IMG/VR virus record: IMGVR_UViG_2061766007_004224
Length of the DNA stretch: 64,000 bases
Reading direction: 5' to 3' (one strand)
Source of the DNA: an uncultured virus (IMG/VR IMGVR_UViG_2061766007_004224)
Taxonomy: Duplodnaviria; Heunggongvirae; Uroviricota; Caudoviricetes
The notes beneath the pieces are model-generated. The model was not told where the DNA came from and did not search any database. It saw only the letters and a program-made list of their open reading frames with translations. Positions 48,513 to 57,520 of this stretch are shown one piece after another (position 1 is the stretch's first letter; each line of letters starts with the position of its first letter). The position numbers and the translations under genes were made by a program.

Positions 48513-49517
48513 ATGGGACAAGTTGACCTCTCGAAAATCAAATACAACGTGGTCGCTGTCCTATCTGGCGGCGGTCAGGTGAATCTGGAGAATGTCGCTG
48601 AGAATATTGCGTGGGAAGAGAATGAGAAGGAGCTGGCCGTCCGGCTGAACATCACCATTCGGGATGTGAAAAATGGCGGCGGCAGAATAGCCCAGCAGCT
48701 CGCTCTCTGTACCGCGCTCGTTCTGTATTACGACACTGGCTCCGGCCCGCAGGAAGCGTTTCGCGGAACGATCTGGGAATGGGGCCACTCGCAGGTGAAT
48801 GATGACGAGATCATCATAACCGCCTACGATATGCTGTTCTATCTCCAGAAGTCTGAAGACTACAAGTATTACGAAGCCGGGAAAAGCACAAAAGCGATCA
48901 TCGGCGACATACTCGGCTCGTGGAGCGTTCCGATGGGTGATTACTCAGGTCCGTCCGTCACCCATGAAAAGGTGGTCTACAAATCGCAGGCAGTCAGTTC
49001 GATGCTGACAGCCGCGCTCGATGAGGCCGTAAAGAAGACGGGCAAGAAAGGTATAATCCGCGCCAAACAGGGGAAGTGCGAGATCGTAAAGCAGGGGACG
49101 AACTCTGAAATCTGGACCTTCGCTGCCACAACGAATCTGCTGATGGCGAGCGATAAGTACAGCATGACCGACCTCGTGACCCGCGTCAAAATCTTCGGTA
49201 AAGAGGACAAGGACGGCACGAAACGCCCGCCTGTCGTGGCGGTCGAGAATGGAGCCACCAACTACGGCACGCTCCAGAAAGTGCTGATGGTTGGCAGCTC
49301 CACGGTGGATGAGGCAAAGGCCGAGGCCGCGAGCATCCTGTCAGACAAGGGCAAGCCCAAACGGACGCTGACCCTCAGGTCGCCTGATATGCCATGCATC
49401 CGCAAGGGCGACCGCATCCGGGCGATACTGGACAATATCGACGGTTATTTTTTTGTCCTGAGCGTTTCCCATAACGCGACCACGATGCAGATGCAGATGG
49501 AGGTGGAACCTGCATGA
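48513..49517 (+). CDS. XkdQ-like baseplate hub
   Basis: TAYDMLFYLQKS, YGTLQ, IRKGD. Confidence 0.85.
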   Translation: MGQVDLSKIKYNVVAVLSGGGQVNLENVAENIAWEENEKELAVRLNITIRDVKNGGGRIAQQLALCTALVLYYDTGSGPQEAFRGTIWEWGHSQVNDDEIIITAYDMLFYLQKSEDYKYYEAGKSTKAIIGDILGSWSVPMGDYSGPSVTHEKVVYKSQAVSSMLTAALDEAVKKTGKKGIIRAKQGKCEIVKQGTNSEIWTFAATTNLLMASDKYSMTDLVTRVKIFGKEDKDGTKRPPVVAVENGATNYGTLQKVLMVGSSTVDEAKAEAASILSDKGKPKRTLTLRSPDMPCIRKGDRIRAILDNIDGYFFVLSVSHNATTMQMQMEVEPA

Positions 49518-49906
49518 GCCAAGGCGACAATACGCCCGGCATGAGCAAATTTGCCGGAGTGATCGACAGCATGATTCAGAAGCGGAAGGACACTTCGCTG
49601 CTTCTGGACTACGGCGTGATTCAGGATGACCTGAGCCTGATAACAAACACTTTTCCAATTCCCATCCCAAAGAAGGATTATATGTGCTGCCGTCACTTGA
49701 AAGCCATCCCGGAGAAAGATCGGTGGACGACGGAGTATGCCGGGACGCACACGCACCCCGGAGGCGATGGAGGCAGCGCAGGCTCACACGCCCACAAATT
49801 CCAGCCTCATTGGGTGCTGAAGAAGGGAGATCGCGTTCTGGTGGCGTGGGTGCAGAACGACCCCGTGGTCATCGACGTGATCGTCCATGCAAACGAAGTA
49901 TTCTGA
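49514..49906 (+). CDS. XkdR-like baseplate spike protein
   Basis: HTH/HAH His pairs, LKKGDRVLV, VVID. Confidence 0.75.
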   Translation: MSQGDNTPGMSKFAGVIDSMIQKRKDTSLLLDYGVIQDDLSLITNTFPIPIPKKDYMCCRHLKAIPEKDRWTTEYAGTHTHPGGDGGSAGSHAHKFQPHWVLKKGDRVLVAWVQNDPVVIDVIVHANEVF

Positions 49907-49921
49907 TGGGAGGTGTGATAG

Positions 49922-50368
49922 ATGGCAGAACAGCTTTTCCCTGTCTTCGAGATACCGTCCATCGTCCAGAATGAAGAGAGCGAGAAGGAACAATACTTCT
50001 ACCCTGGCCCGCTGTTTGATTTCAACTCAGGAGACTTCGTACTGGACGGTGCGCATCAGTTCACGATGGTAGACGGCCTCGACGAGTACATAATCTGGTG
50101 TCTGAAAACACTCAAAACGCAGGTAGGTTCATGCGCGAGCTACCCGGAGTACGGCATCGACATTGACGGCGCTCTGTCAGAGCCGAACCATGAGGCCATC
50201 TGCTCCGCTTTCGAGCGCACGATCACTGAGGGCCTGATGAGAAACCCACGTACAGAACGGGTGTACAGTTTCGAGTTCGTATGGACTGCTGATTCTCTCG
50301 CAATCCTGTTTATCATCAAGCCTAAGAATCTTGACGCTTTCGACATCACAATGACCGTCGTGACATAA
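49922..50368 (+). CDS. XkdS/DUF2634 (gp25-like) protein
   Basis: FDFNSGDF, WCLK.L.T, YG, RTITE.L..PR. Confidence 0.85.
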   Translation: MAEQLFPVFEIPSIVQNEESEKEQYFYPGPLFDFNSGDFVLDGAHQFTMVDGLDEYIIWCLKTLKTQVGSCASYPEYGIDIDGALSEPNHEAICSAFERTITEGLMRNPRTERVYSFEFVWTADSLAILFIIKPKNLDAFDITMTVVT

Positions 50369-50382
50369 GGAGGTGAACACAA

Positions 50383-51540
50383 ATGATTGATATTCAGCCG
50401 TACACGCCCCCGGCGATTCTGGACGATACGGACGTGGACACCATACACGCCCGGATGCTTGCGGACCTGCCTGAGAATATCGACCAGACGGAGGGCGGCT
50501 TCGCGTGGGACATGACCCGGCCCTCAGCCATTGAAAAGTCCTACGCGATGGAGGCCCTGAACTACGTCGTTCAGATCATGTTCCCCGAATGGGCGACGGG
50601 CTATTTCCTCGACCTCCATGCCAGACGATGCGGCATCTCCCGGAAAGAGGCCGTGGCAGCCACGGGCTACGTCAGGGTGATCGGTACGACCAACGTGCTG
50701 ATCGCCCGTAATTTCGTTTTCTGTACGCCAGCGACCCCGATCTCATCCTCTATCGAGTTCCTTGTGACCGAGGCCACCACGCTGGAGTACGATTCGGAGA
50801 ACGAAGATTACCGCGCCACCATCCCCGTGGTCTGCGCCGAGAAAGGCATCGTCGGAAATGTGCCGAGCGACAGCGTAATCCTTATGTCAGTTCCGCTGAC
50901 GGGCATCACGTCGGTCACAAACCCGGCAGCCATGGGCGCGGGCGCTGAGGAAGAGACGGATGATGAGCTGCGCGAGCGCATCATGGAGATCGACCGAACC
51001 CGCGAAACTTCGTTCATCGGCAACGATAACGACTATGTACGCTGGGCCAAGCAGATTGAGGGGGTCGGCAGTGCGGCTACCATCCGAGAATGGATGGGCG
51101 CTGGGACGGGTACGGTGAAGGTTCTGATCATGGACACAGAGGGAGCGCCTGCGAGCCAGACCCTGATTAACAAGGTTTACAACCACATAGCAGGGTCCGA
51201 CGATGACCCGTCTACCCGGCTTATGCCCATTGGCGCAATCCTGACCGTGGCGACTGCAACGCCGCTGGGCCTCGATATTGCGGCAGAGGTAGAGCTGGCC
51301 GATGGATATGCCATCAGCACCATCGAGGCATCCTTCAGGACCGCGCTGCTCGCTGTCTTCGACAAGGCCAAGGAAGAAAAGGTCCTTCGGTACACCGACG
51401 TGTGCAACGCACTCCACGATACAGCCGGGGTGCTGGATTACTTCAACCTCACCGTCAATTCGGGGACACAGAACGTAACCATCGCCATTGACAATTTCCC
51501 GACTGTCTCCACGATGTCCCTGACGGAAGCGGGTGATTAA
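50383..51540 (+). CDS. Baseplate J / XkdT protein
   Basis: ATGYFLD, G..GNV, EETDDELRER, GN.NDY.RWA, GTVKV, PIGA. Confidence 0.92.
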   Translation: MIDIQPYTPPAILDDTDVDTIHARMLADLPENIDQTEGGFAWDMTRPSAIEKSYAMEALNYVVQIMFPEWATGYFLDLHARRCGISRKEAVAATGYVRVIGTTNVLIARNFVFCTPATPISSSIEFLVTEATTLEYDSENEDYRATIPVVCAEKGIVGNVPSDSVILMSVPLTGITSVTNPAAMGAGAEEETDDELRERIMEIDRTRETSFIGNDNDYVRWAKQIEGVGSAATIREWMGAGTGTVKVLIMDTEGAPASQTLINKVYNHIAGSDDDPSTRLMPIGAILTVATATPLGLDIAAEVELADGYAISTIEASFRTALLAVFDKAKEEKVLRYTDVCNALHDTAGVLDYFNLTVNSGTQNVTIAIDNFPTVSTMSLTEAGD

Positions 51541-51543
51541 CCC

Positions 51544-52357
51544 ATGAACGATCAGACCTTCAAGGAGTACATCGTTCAAAGCACGGCTGCAAAGCGCATG
51601 ATCGGCACCGTGTCCCCGATCTACGAAGACGCATACGCTGGCTGCTGGCTGTTCGAGGACATAGGACGCGAGTGGGACCGCCTCTGGGAGATCATCGACC
51701 AGTTGCCGGATGAGCTGTTTCCGCAGACGGCGACATGGCTGCTGGGGCTATGGGAGCGTCGCTACGGTATCACGCCGAATGAGGGCGACACAATCGAAGT
51801 TCGCCGCCAGCGCATCGAGGAGATCGAGGCGTACCCGAAGCCGTTTACTCCGTGGACGCTGGACAGGTGGTGTCAGATCACCATGGGCCGGAATGCTGTC
51901 GTGGAAGATCATGTATCGGCATACACCTTCGGCGTTACGCTCGTCAGCCATCCCGATTCTCTGCCGTTGGACATCAAGAAAGTCCGGGAATACATCAACG
52001 GACATAAGCATAGCCACATGAGCTATGAGCTGACGTTTCAGGCTCAGTCCCGCATCCTGCTCACCATCGAAACGGCTTACTGGCGCTTCCACTACGAGAT
52101 GTCCGGCACCAAACCATACAGGAACATCGTGGGCGGTCTGTCTGGCGGCGAGATCACCGTCACCCCTGCCCCCCACGGCTACGTCTTTGAATACCCCTTC
52201 GCTGGCACGGATGAGGCGGGCGTGCTTCCTCAAATCAATATCACCAGCGGAGGCGACCAGAGAGGCATACTGGCCGCTACTGGCGGCAACGGCTANNNNN
52301 NNNNNNNNNNNNNNNNNNNNNNNNNNNGTTGTCAACGCTGGCGGGGGTATTTTATAG
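51544..52357 (+). CDS. XkdU/YmfQ (DUF2313) baseplate protein; 3' end approximate because of N gap
   Basis: FPQTATWLL..WERRYGI, RRQRI. Confidence 0.8.
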
Positions 52358-52381
52358 CAATCGAAGAAAGGGGAATCCGTC

Positions 52382-52693
52382 ATGCTCACCAATACCGCGC
52401 TGACTTCTCTGAAAAATCACCTGAAGAACAGCATCAAGTTCGCAAAGTACAAGGTCGGCAACACCTACTACCAAGCGGACATCCGAAGCGCCTACATCAT
52501 GGATGATGGCAGGGTGGCGATCACTTTCCTGATCGACCACACCGTACCCGGCAATATCACCGTGACCGAGGTGCAGCTCTACGATCACAACGGCAGCCTC
52601 TGGGCGAGCAAAGCTGAAAGTATCACCCGCGCCAACGTGCAGGAGGGTATTCTCTACCGCTTCGCCTTCACGATCACGGAAGAAGAAACCTGA
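52382..52693 (+). CDS. Tail-fibre attachment-like protein
   Basis: TVTEVQLYD.NG..WA; SD AAAGGGG. Confidence 0.75.
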   Translation: MLTNTALTSLKNHLKNSIKFAKYKVGNTYYQADIRSAYIMDDGRVAITFLIDHTVPGNITVTEVQLYDHNGSLWASKAESITRANVQEGILYRFAFTITEEET

Positions 52694-52726
52694 TTCCGAA
52701 TAGGCTGAGAAAGGAGGAACCCATAT

Positions 52727-53359
52727 ATGCCTTATCCCCAGACCGATTGGAAAGACCATGTAACGGAGTATGAAAACCGCTACACGGAATCCACGAACCC
52801 GGACGGCTCGATCACCCACACCAAAGTCGAGGGCGAGGTCATCCAGCAGGGTACGCCCATGAGCGCAACCAACTTCAACCACCAGGAAGATGGCATTGGC
52901 GAAGCCGCTGCGCTGGCTGACGCGCTCTTTACTCAGGTCCTGCTCCTGCTGGGCCACGGTAAGTATTCTCTGGAAGAGCTGGACGCTGCGAAGCTGGACG
53001 TGAACGGCAAAGCTGCCGACGCTGCGAAGGCCGATAAGCTCGGTACGCCCCGGACGATTGCCATTTCTGGCGGTGCGACCGCTGCTGGCGTGTCCTTCGA
53101 CGGCAGCGGGAACATCACGATCATCGTGACCGAGCTCGACCCCTCGAAACTGTCTGCTGCCGTAGCTGTCGCAAAGGGCGGCACTGGCGCTACGGATGCT
53201 GCCGGAGCGCGGACGAACCTCGACGTGCCGTCCAACACAGACACTATCTCGGCGATGATTCTTGGGGATGCGCAGCGCTCCGTCGATCAGGCGGTGCAGC
53301 GTGACCTCGATGAACGGCTGATCACCGCCGAAGCGCAGATCGCCGCGATGGGAACCTAA
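52727..53359 (+). CDS. Short tail fibre protein
   Basis: QQGTPMSATNFN, ADKL.TPRTIAISG...SFDGS.NITI, VAKGGTGAT.AAGARTNL. Confidence 0.8.
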   Translation: MPYPQTDWKDHVTEYENRYTESTNPDGSITHTKVEGEVIQQGTPMSATNFNHQEDGIGEAAALADALFTQVLLLLGHGKYSLEELDAAKLDVNGKAADAAKADKLGTPRTIAISGGATAAGVSFDGSGNITIIVTELDPSKLSAAVAVAKGGTGATDAAGARTNLDVPSNTDTISAMILGDAQRSVDQAVQRDLDERLITAEAQIAAMGT

Positions 53360-53379
53360 GAGAAGGGAGGAAGAACGCG

Positions 53380-53598
53380 ATGCCTGAGAACATCGAGGAT
53401 TCCGTCGTGCTGACGGAAGAACCCGAACCCGGTCCCACGCCGGAACAGGAAGAAGAGTGGGAGCGTGAACGGAAAGCTCGCTGGGAAGCGAAGATTCAGC
53501 CGTACCGCGACTTCAAGGCTCAGGTCAATGAGCATGATGACCTGATGGCCGACGCTCTCTACGAACTGACCTTGCTCGAACTTGGAATGGAGGAGTAA
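53380..53598 (+). CDS. Small tail-associated protein
   Basis: SD GGGAGG; C-terminal ADALYELTLLELG. Confidence 0.7.
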   Translation: MPENIEDSVVLTEEPEPGPTPEQEEEWERERKARWEAKIQPYRDFKAQVNEHDDLMADALYELTLLELGMEE

Positions 53599-53601
53599 AC
53601 C

Positions 53602-53766
53602 ATGGCTTACAACCTGATGAAGCGCATCATCGAGCGCGACAAAAAGGCCGGGACGCTGGACAAGGCGGCGATCATGGACAAGCTCGACGCTTTCCTTGCT
53701 GCCGACCGTCTGACCACGGCACAGTATCAGGAGCTGGTGGCTCTCATGGATGCTGATGCCGAATGA
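53602..53766 (+). CDS. XkdX-like small protein, copy 1 (not in ORF track)
   Basis: MAYNLMKRII...MDKLDAFLAADRLTTAQYQELV. Confidence 0.8.
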   Translation: MAYNLMKRIIERDKKAGTLDKAAIMDKLDAFLAADRLTTAQYQELVALMDADAE

Positions 53767-53846
53767 ACAACCTGTTGACCAAATTTGCCATCTGGTGGAC
53801 AGATCGGCAATTTGAGAAATCTCTCAGAGAAATGGAGGACTTCGCT

Positions 53847-54011
53847 ATGACCTACAAGCTGATGAAGCGCATCATCGAGAATGGCCTGAAGAAAGGCAAT
53901 CTCGACGTGGAATCGACCATGCAGAAGCTCGACGTGTTCCTCATGGCTGACCGTATCACCATTGAGGAATATCAGGAGCTGGTCGAACTGATCGAAGGGG
54001 GTAACACCTGA
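53847..54011 (+). CDS. XkdX-like small protein, copy 2
   Basis: MTYKLMKRII...MQKLDVFLMADRITIEEYQELV; SD GGAGGA. Confidence 0.8.
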   Translation: MTYKLMKRIIENGLKKGNLDVESTMQKLDVFLMADRITIEEYQELVELIEGGNT

Positions 54012-55216
54012 TGAACGTCAAAGAGAGCATTGAGCGCTTTGCGAAAGATCAGGGCTGGGTGGTCAAGTACGCCGCCGATGGTACGCCCAACTTCTTCTAT
54101 CCCATCTACAAGTGCAAGAGCAGCGACCTCGATGCTTCGCTGCCGAATCACACCCACCCGGCGTTTATCGTCAATGGGCAAGAAATCCCCAGACGTTTGA
54201 TTGCCGTATACAAGGGCGGCAACTTCAACAATGCCTGCCACAGCATTCCCAACGTCGCCCCGCTGGTCAACCTCGGCGCTGACCAGTTGCTGAACAAGAT
54301 CAAAGCCTGCGGCGCTGGCTTCGGCCCCAAGACCGTTGCTGACAGCGGCCTGCTTCTCCTGCTGGCTAAAAAGCTCGGATGCAGCACCATCAAGGGCAAC
54401 AACGACCGTGGCGTGGACTACCGCGACGGCACGAAATGGACTGCCGGAGTGAGTATCACCGCTGGCAATACCCGCGTATTCCAGGGTGTGGAGTATACCG
54501 CGCTGGTTTCCCATACGTCCGCGCTGGAGAACAAGCCTGATGTTGCCCCCCTGTACTGGGAGCGTGGCAGGCGCATTGGCGGTGTGCCCGTGGCCTCTCA
54601 GATCAGCGACAGCGAGCCGAACGGCCTGAATACCCTGACTGGTTCCGGCCCCAAGAGCTGGCGCTTCGGCGGCAAGGCCAACGGCATTGATGATCTGACT
54701 GGCAACTGCTACGATCAGGATTACGGCTATCGCATCGTCGGCGGTGAAATCCAGATTCTGGAGAACAACAATGCTGCAGACCCGGATGCCGATCTGGGTG
54801 CGGACAGCGCCGCGTGGAAGGCCATCCTGCCCAGCAGCGTCGATGGGTCCTATACGCTGGTCGCCCCCGGTACTGCCGGAACGCTGAAGTGGAACTGGCT
54901 GAACAGCAAGATCACGCTGGACACCGCCACCGACACTACGCTGGGCCAGAAGAGCACCGTTTTCAAGGACCTCGCTGTCAACAGCGTCAACGTCCCCTAT
55001 GTGCCGTATATCATGTACGAGCTGGGTCTGTTCCCCATCTCCGGCGATCAGACGCAGGGAACGGTGTACATCGAATTCACGACTGCGGAGCGGTTCCCTC
55101 GTCGCGGCGGCTACTGCAACTACGCGTCTTCCTCAGGTTTGGGCATCGTGAGCGCCTCCCTCGCGCGGTCGTACGCGAGCTCGTACTATGGCGTGCGCTC
55201 CGGCTTTGTTGAATAA
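54011..55216 (+). CDS. DGR target protein, Mtd-like (CLec-type fold) receptor-binding protein
   Basis: THPAFIVNG, LTGSGP..W, GIDDLTGN, C-terminal RGG...G.R variable region. Confidence 0.9.
   Translation: MNVKESIERFAKDQGWVVKYAADGTPNFFYPIYKCKSSDLDASLPNHTHPAFIVNGQEIPRRLIAVYKGGNFNNACHSIPNVAPLVNLGADQLLNKIKACGAGFGPKTVADSGLLLLLAKKLGCSTIKGNNDRGVDYRDGTKWTAGVSITAGNTRVFQGVEYTALVSHTSALENKPDVAPLYWERGRRIGGVPVASQISDSEPNGLNTLTGSGPKSWRFGGKANGIDDLTGNCYDQDYGYRIVGGEIQILENNNAADPDADLGADSAAWKAILPSSVDGSYTLVAPGTAGTLKWNWLNSKITLDTATDTTLGQKSTVFKDLAVNSVNVPYVPYIMYELGLFPISGDQTQGTVYIEFTTAERFPRRGGYCNYASSSGLGIVSASLARSYASSYYGVRSGFVE
55088..55205 (+). repeat. DGR variable repeat (VR) incl. GC-rich/IMH end
   Basis: Ungapped 118-nt match to TR, 20 mismatches, 19 at TR adenines. 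Confidence 0.97.
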
Positions 55217-55261
55217 CTGGTCTCTGGTCTCTGGTTCCTGAAAGGGGCGCGAAAGCGCCCC
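55217..55261 (+). promoter_or_regulatory. DGR cis elements: CTGGTCT repeats and GC hairpin
   Basis: CTGGTCT CTGGTCT CTGGTTC then GGGGCGC-GAAA-GCGCCCC. Confidence 0.85.
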
Positions 55262-55287
55262 CGTTTCCTCATTCCTGCAAGGAGTAT

Positions 55288-55662
55288 ATGGCTATGAGCG
55301 ACAAAGAACTCATCCTGAAGGAAAAGGTCTGCGACATGCTGGACTATATGCGCGACCGCCTGAAGAATTTTCCCAAGGAAGAGCGAAGCGGAATCACGCC
55401 GCGCATCCGGGCGGCGGGCTATGAACTGCTGGAGATTGCGTCGGACATCGGCAACGGCTACTATACGCAGACGAATCTGAAAGCCTTTGACCGAAGGAAG
55501 AACGCCATGTCCGCATTTCTGGATTATTCCCTGCGCTGCGGCTATATCACTCCGCACCAGCACAAAACATGGGGCGGGATGCTGACAGAGATCGGGAAGA
55601 TCAACGGTGGATTGATGAAGGCTCTGGAGGCGAAGCAGGCTGCGCAGCCGCGCAGACGCTGA
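55288..55662 (+). CDS. avd: DGR accessory variability determinant
   Basis: FPKEER, EIGKINGGL; 124 aa, between target and TR. Confidence 0.92.
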   Translation: MAMSDKELILKEKVCDMLDYMRDRLKNFPKEERSGITPRIRAAGYELLEIASDIGNGYYTQTNLKAFDRRKNAMSAFLDYSLRCGYITPHQHKTWGGMLTEIGKINGGLMKALEAKQAAQPRRR

Positions 55663-55716
55663 CCCTCCGGGCCTTTTCTCAATAGGGAATAAACTGCATA
55701 GCGCAGCGCCTTTTTT

Positions 55717-55834
55717 GAGCGGTTCCCTCGTCGCGGCGGCAACTACAACAACACGTCCAACACAGGTTTGGGCAACGTGAACGCCAACAACACGCGGTCG
55801 AACACGAACACGAACTATGGCGTGCGCTCCGGCT
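55717..55834 (+). ncRNA. DGR template repeat (TR)
   Basis: AAC-rich counterpart of VR (11 AAC codons in VR frame). Confidence 0.97.
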
Positions 55835-56020
55835 CTGCTTCCAGCATCCGCGCATCTGCGCGGTGGAAAGACCAGTATGCGAGGGCGGCCACGGCTTCCC
55901 TCGAAGTGCCACGGAAGCAAAGGAGTTTATTTCCACTGGCGGTGAGGACAGCCCGCCATGAACATGATTGCCGTGTAGATAGGAATATCACGCACGGCGA
56001 GGCGGTGCGGGAGGTGCATC

Positions 56021-57151
56021 GTGCAAAAGGCAACGAATGTCATGCAACGCATCGTGGCCTATGAAAATTTTCTCCGTGCCGACAAGGATAGCAGCAAGAG
56101 CAAACGGTTTCGCCCGGAGGTCATGGCTTTCAATAACCACCTCTGCGAGAACCTGCTTTCCCTCGAAGCCGATTTCCTCTCAGGCGAATACGAAAGCGGC
56201 CTCTACACGGAGCGTTATGTCCGCGTTCCCGTGACACGGCTCATTGAAGTGTCGCAATTCAGAGACCGCGTGGCACAGCAGGCCATTTACGGAGAACTGT
56301 GCCAGATTCTCGATAAGCATTACATCTATCACAGCTACGCCTGCCGCAAGGGCAAAGGCGCGATAGATGCCTCGCTCAATCTGCAAAACTGGCTCAGGCT
56401 GATTCGCAGGAAGCCAGACGCTGAGAAATGGGTATGTGGCAAGATCGACGTGGCGAAGTTCTTTTACCGCATCGACCACAAGGTCGTCATGGACCTGTAC
56501 GCCAAGTACATTGACGACCCGCTCACGCTTCAGGTGATCGGCAGTATCATCAACTGCAAGCATACGCCTTTCGGCCTGCCGGAAGGGAAAGGCTGCACCG
56601 AAGTACCCAAGGAAGAGCGGCTGTTCGATGTGGGTGTCCCCATCGGCAGCCTGATGTCGCAGACCACGGCGAACATGGTTATGAACGAAGTGGACCAGTT
56701 CGCCAAGCACAACCTCCACATCCATTTTTACACCCGGTACATGGATGACATCATCATCCTTGCGCCGGACAAAGAAACGCTGCATCGCTGGATGGCCGAG
56801 ATCGAGCGGTTCATGCTGGAGCGCCTGAAGCTGAAATGCAACCGCAAAACCCAGGTCATCCCGCTGTCCCACGGCATCCCGTTTGTCGGAAAGCGCATAT
56901 GGGCCAACAAGATTCTTCTTCGTAAGTCCACCGTCAAGCACATGAAACGGGCGCTCCGCAAGATCGCCGAGGAATACAGGAATTACGAGATCACCCTCGA
57001 CCGTGCCATGCAGACGGTTATCAGCTACATCGGCCTGCTGTCCCATTGCAACGGCGAGGGCCTGAAGGAATGGATTTCCCAGAATATTTCGTTCACGCAC
57101 GGAGATTCCTATGGAGAATGGAATGGTGAATATGAGCAGATCGCCGCATAG
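56021..57151 (+). CDS. DGR reverse transcriptase
   Basis: FRDRVAQ, SYACRKGKG, KIDVAKFF, GVPIGSLMSQ, RYMDD; GTG start after GGAGG. Confidence 0.97.
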   Translation: MQKATNVMQRIVAYENFLRADKDSSKSKRFRPEVMAFNNHLCENLLSLEADFLSGEYESGLYTERYVRVPVTRLIEVSQFRDRVAQQAIYGELCQILDKHYIYHSYACRKGKGAIDASLNLQNWLRLIRRKPDAEKWVCGKIDVAKFFYRIDHKVVMDLYAKYIDDPLTLQVIGSIINCKHTPFGLPEGKGCTEVPKEERLFDVGVPIGSLMSQTTANMVMNEVDQFAKHNLHIHFYTRYMDDIIILAPDKETLHRWMAEIERFMLERLKLKCNRKTQVIPLSHGIPFVGKRIWANKILLRKSTVKHMKRALRKIAEEYRNYEITLDRAMQTVISYIGLLSHCNGEGLKEWISQNISFTHGDSYGEWNGEYEQIAA

Positions 57152-57392
57152 AGACACCAATGCACCGCGAGATCACCCCAGAAGGTTTTACTCCATCATC
57201 GAGCGCGAGGACGGCCTCGTGGATGTGTATCTCGCGCCGGAAGTGACCGCTTATGACACCGATGTGGGCATCCGTGAGTACGACATATCTGTCATCGCCG
57301 TCTGCGGCGTGGTGCCGTGGCCGGGTCTGGAAGAGGACGTTCGGAAGCGTTTCGATGCGTGGTGCGAAAGCGGAGAGGAGATTTACCTATGA
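57132..57392 (+). CDS. Hypothetical protein overlapping RT 3' end
   Basis: Overlaps RT stop and next start; LEEDVRKRFDAW. Confidence 0.6.
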   Translation: MSRSPHRDTNAPRDHPRRFYSIIEREDGLVDVYLAPEVTAYDTDVGIREYDISVIAVCGVVPWPGLEEDVRKRFDAWCESGEEIYL

Positions 57393-57520
57393 AGGAGTTT
57401 GCCATCGTCCTTGCCGTGGTGCTCGTCATGTTCGTGCTTCTCAGCGTCCTTCTCATGGTCGCCCTGTACTGGACACACTACCCATACGGAAGGAGCAAGA
57501 AATGGCGAAGGAAAAAATAG
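57389..57520 (+). CDS. 43-aa single-TM peptide
   Basis: SD GAGGAG; FAIVLAVVLVMFVLLSVLLMVALYW plus basic tail. Confidence 0.6.
   Translation: MKEFAIVLAVVLVMFVLLSVLLMVALYWTHYPYGRSKKWRRKK

Noticed and set aside
50383..54010. Second DGR target among tail genes
   Set aside because: No further TR-like sequence seen by eye; remote targets outside the window remain possible.
55768..56064. Asn/Thr-rich ORF
   Set aside because: It is the TR read in the VR frame, not an independent gene.
56021..57151. Group II intron or retron interpretation of the RT
   Set aside because: No maturase/endonuclease extension or msr-msd; avd plus TR/VR define a DGR.
57253..57501. 607-aa endolysin start given by the ORF track
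   Set aside because: Overlaps two better-supported small genes; SD AAGGAG supports ATG at 57502.
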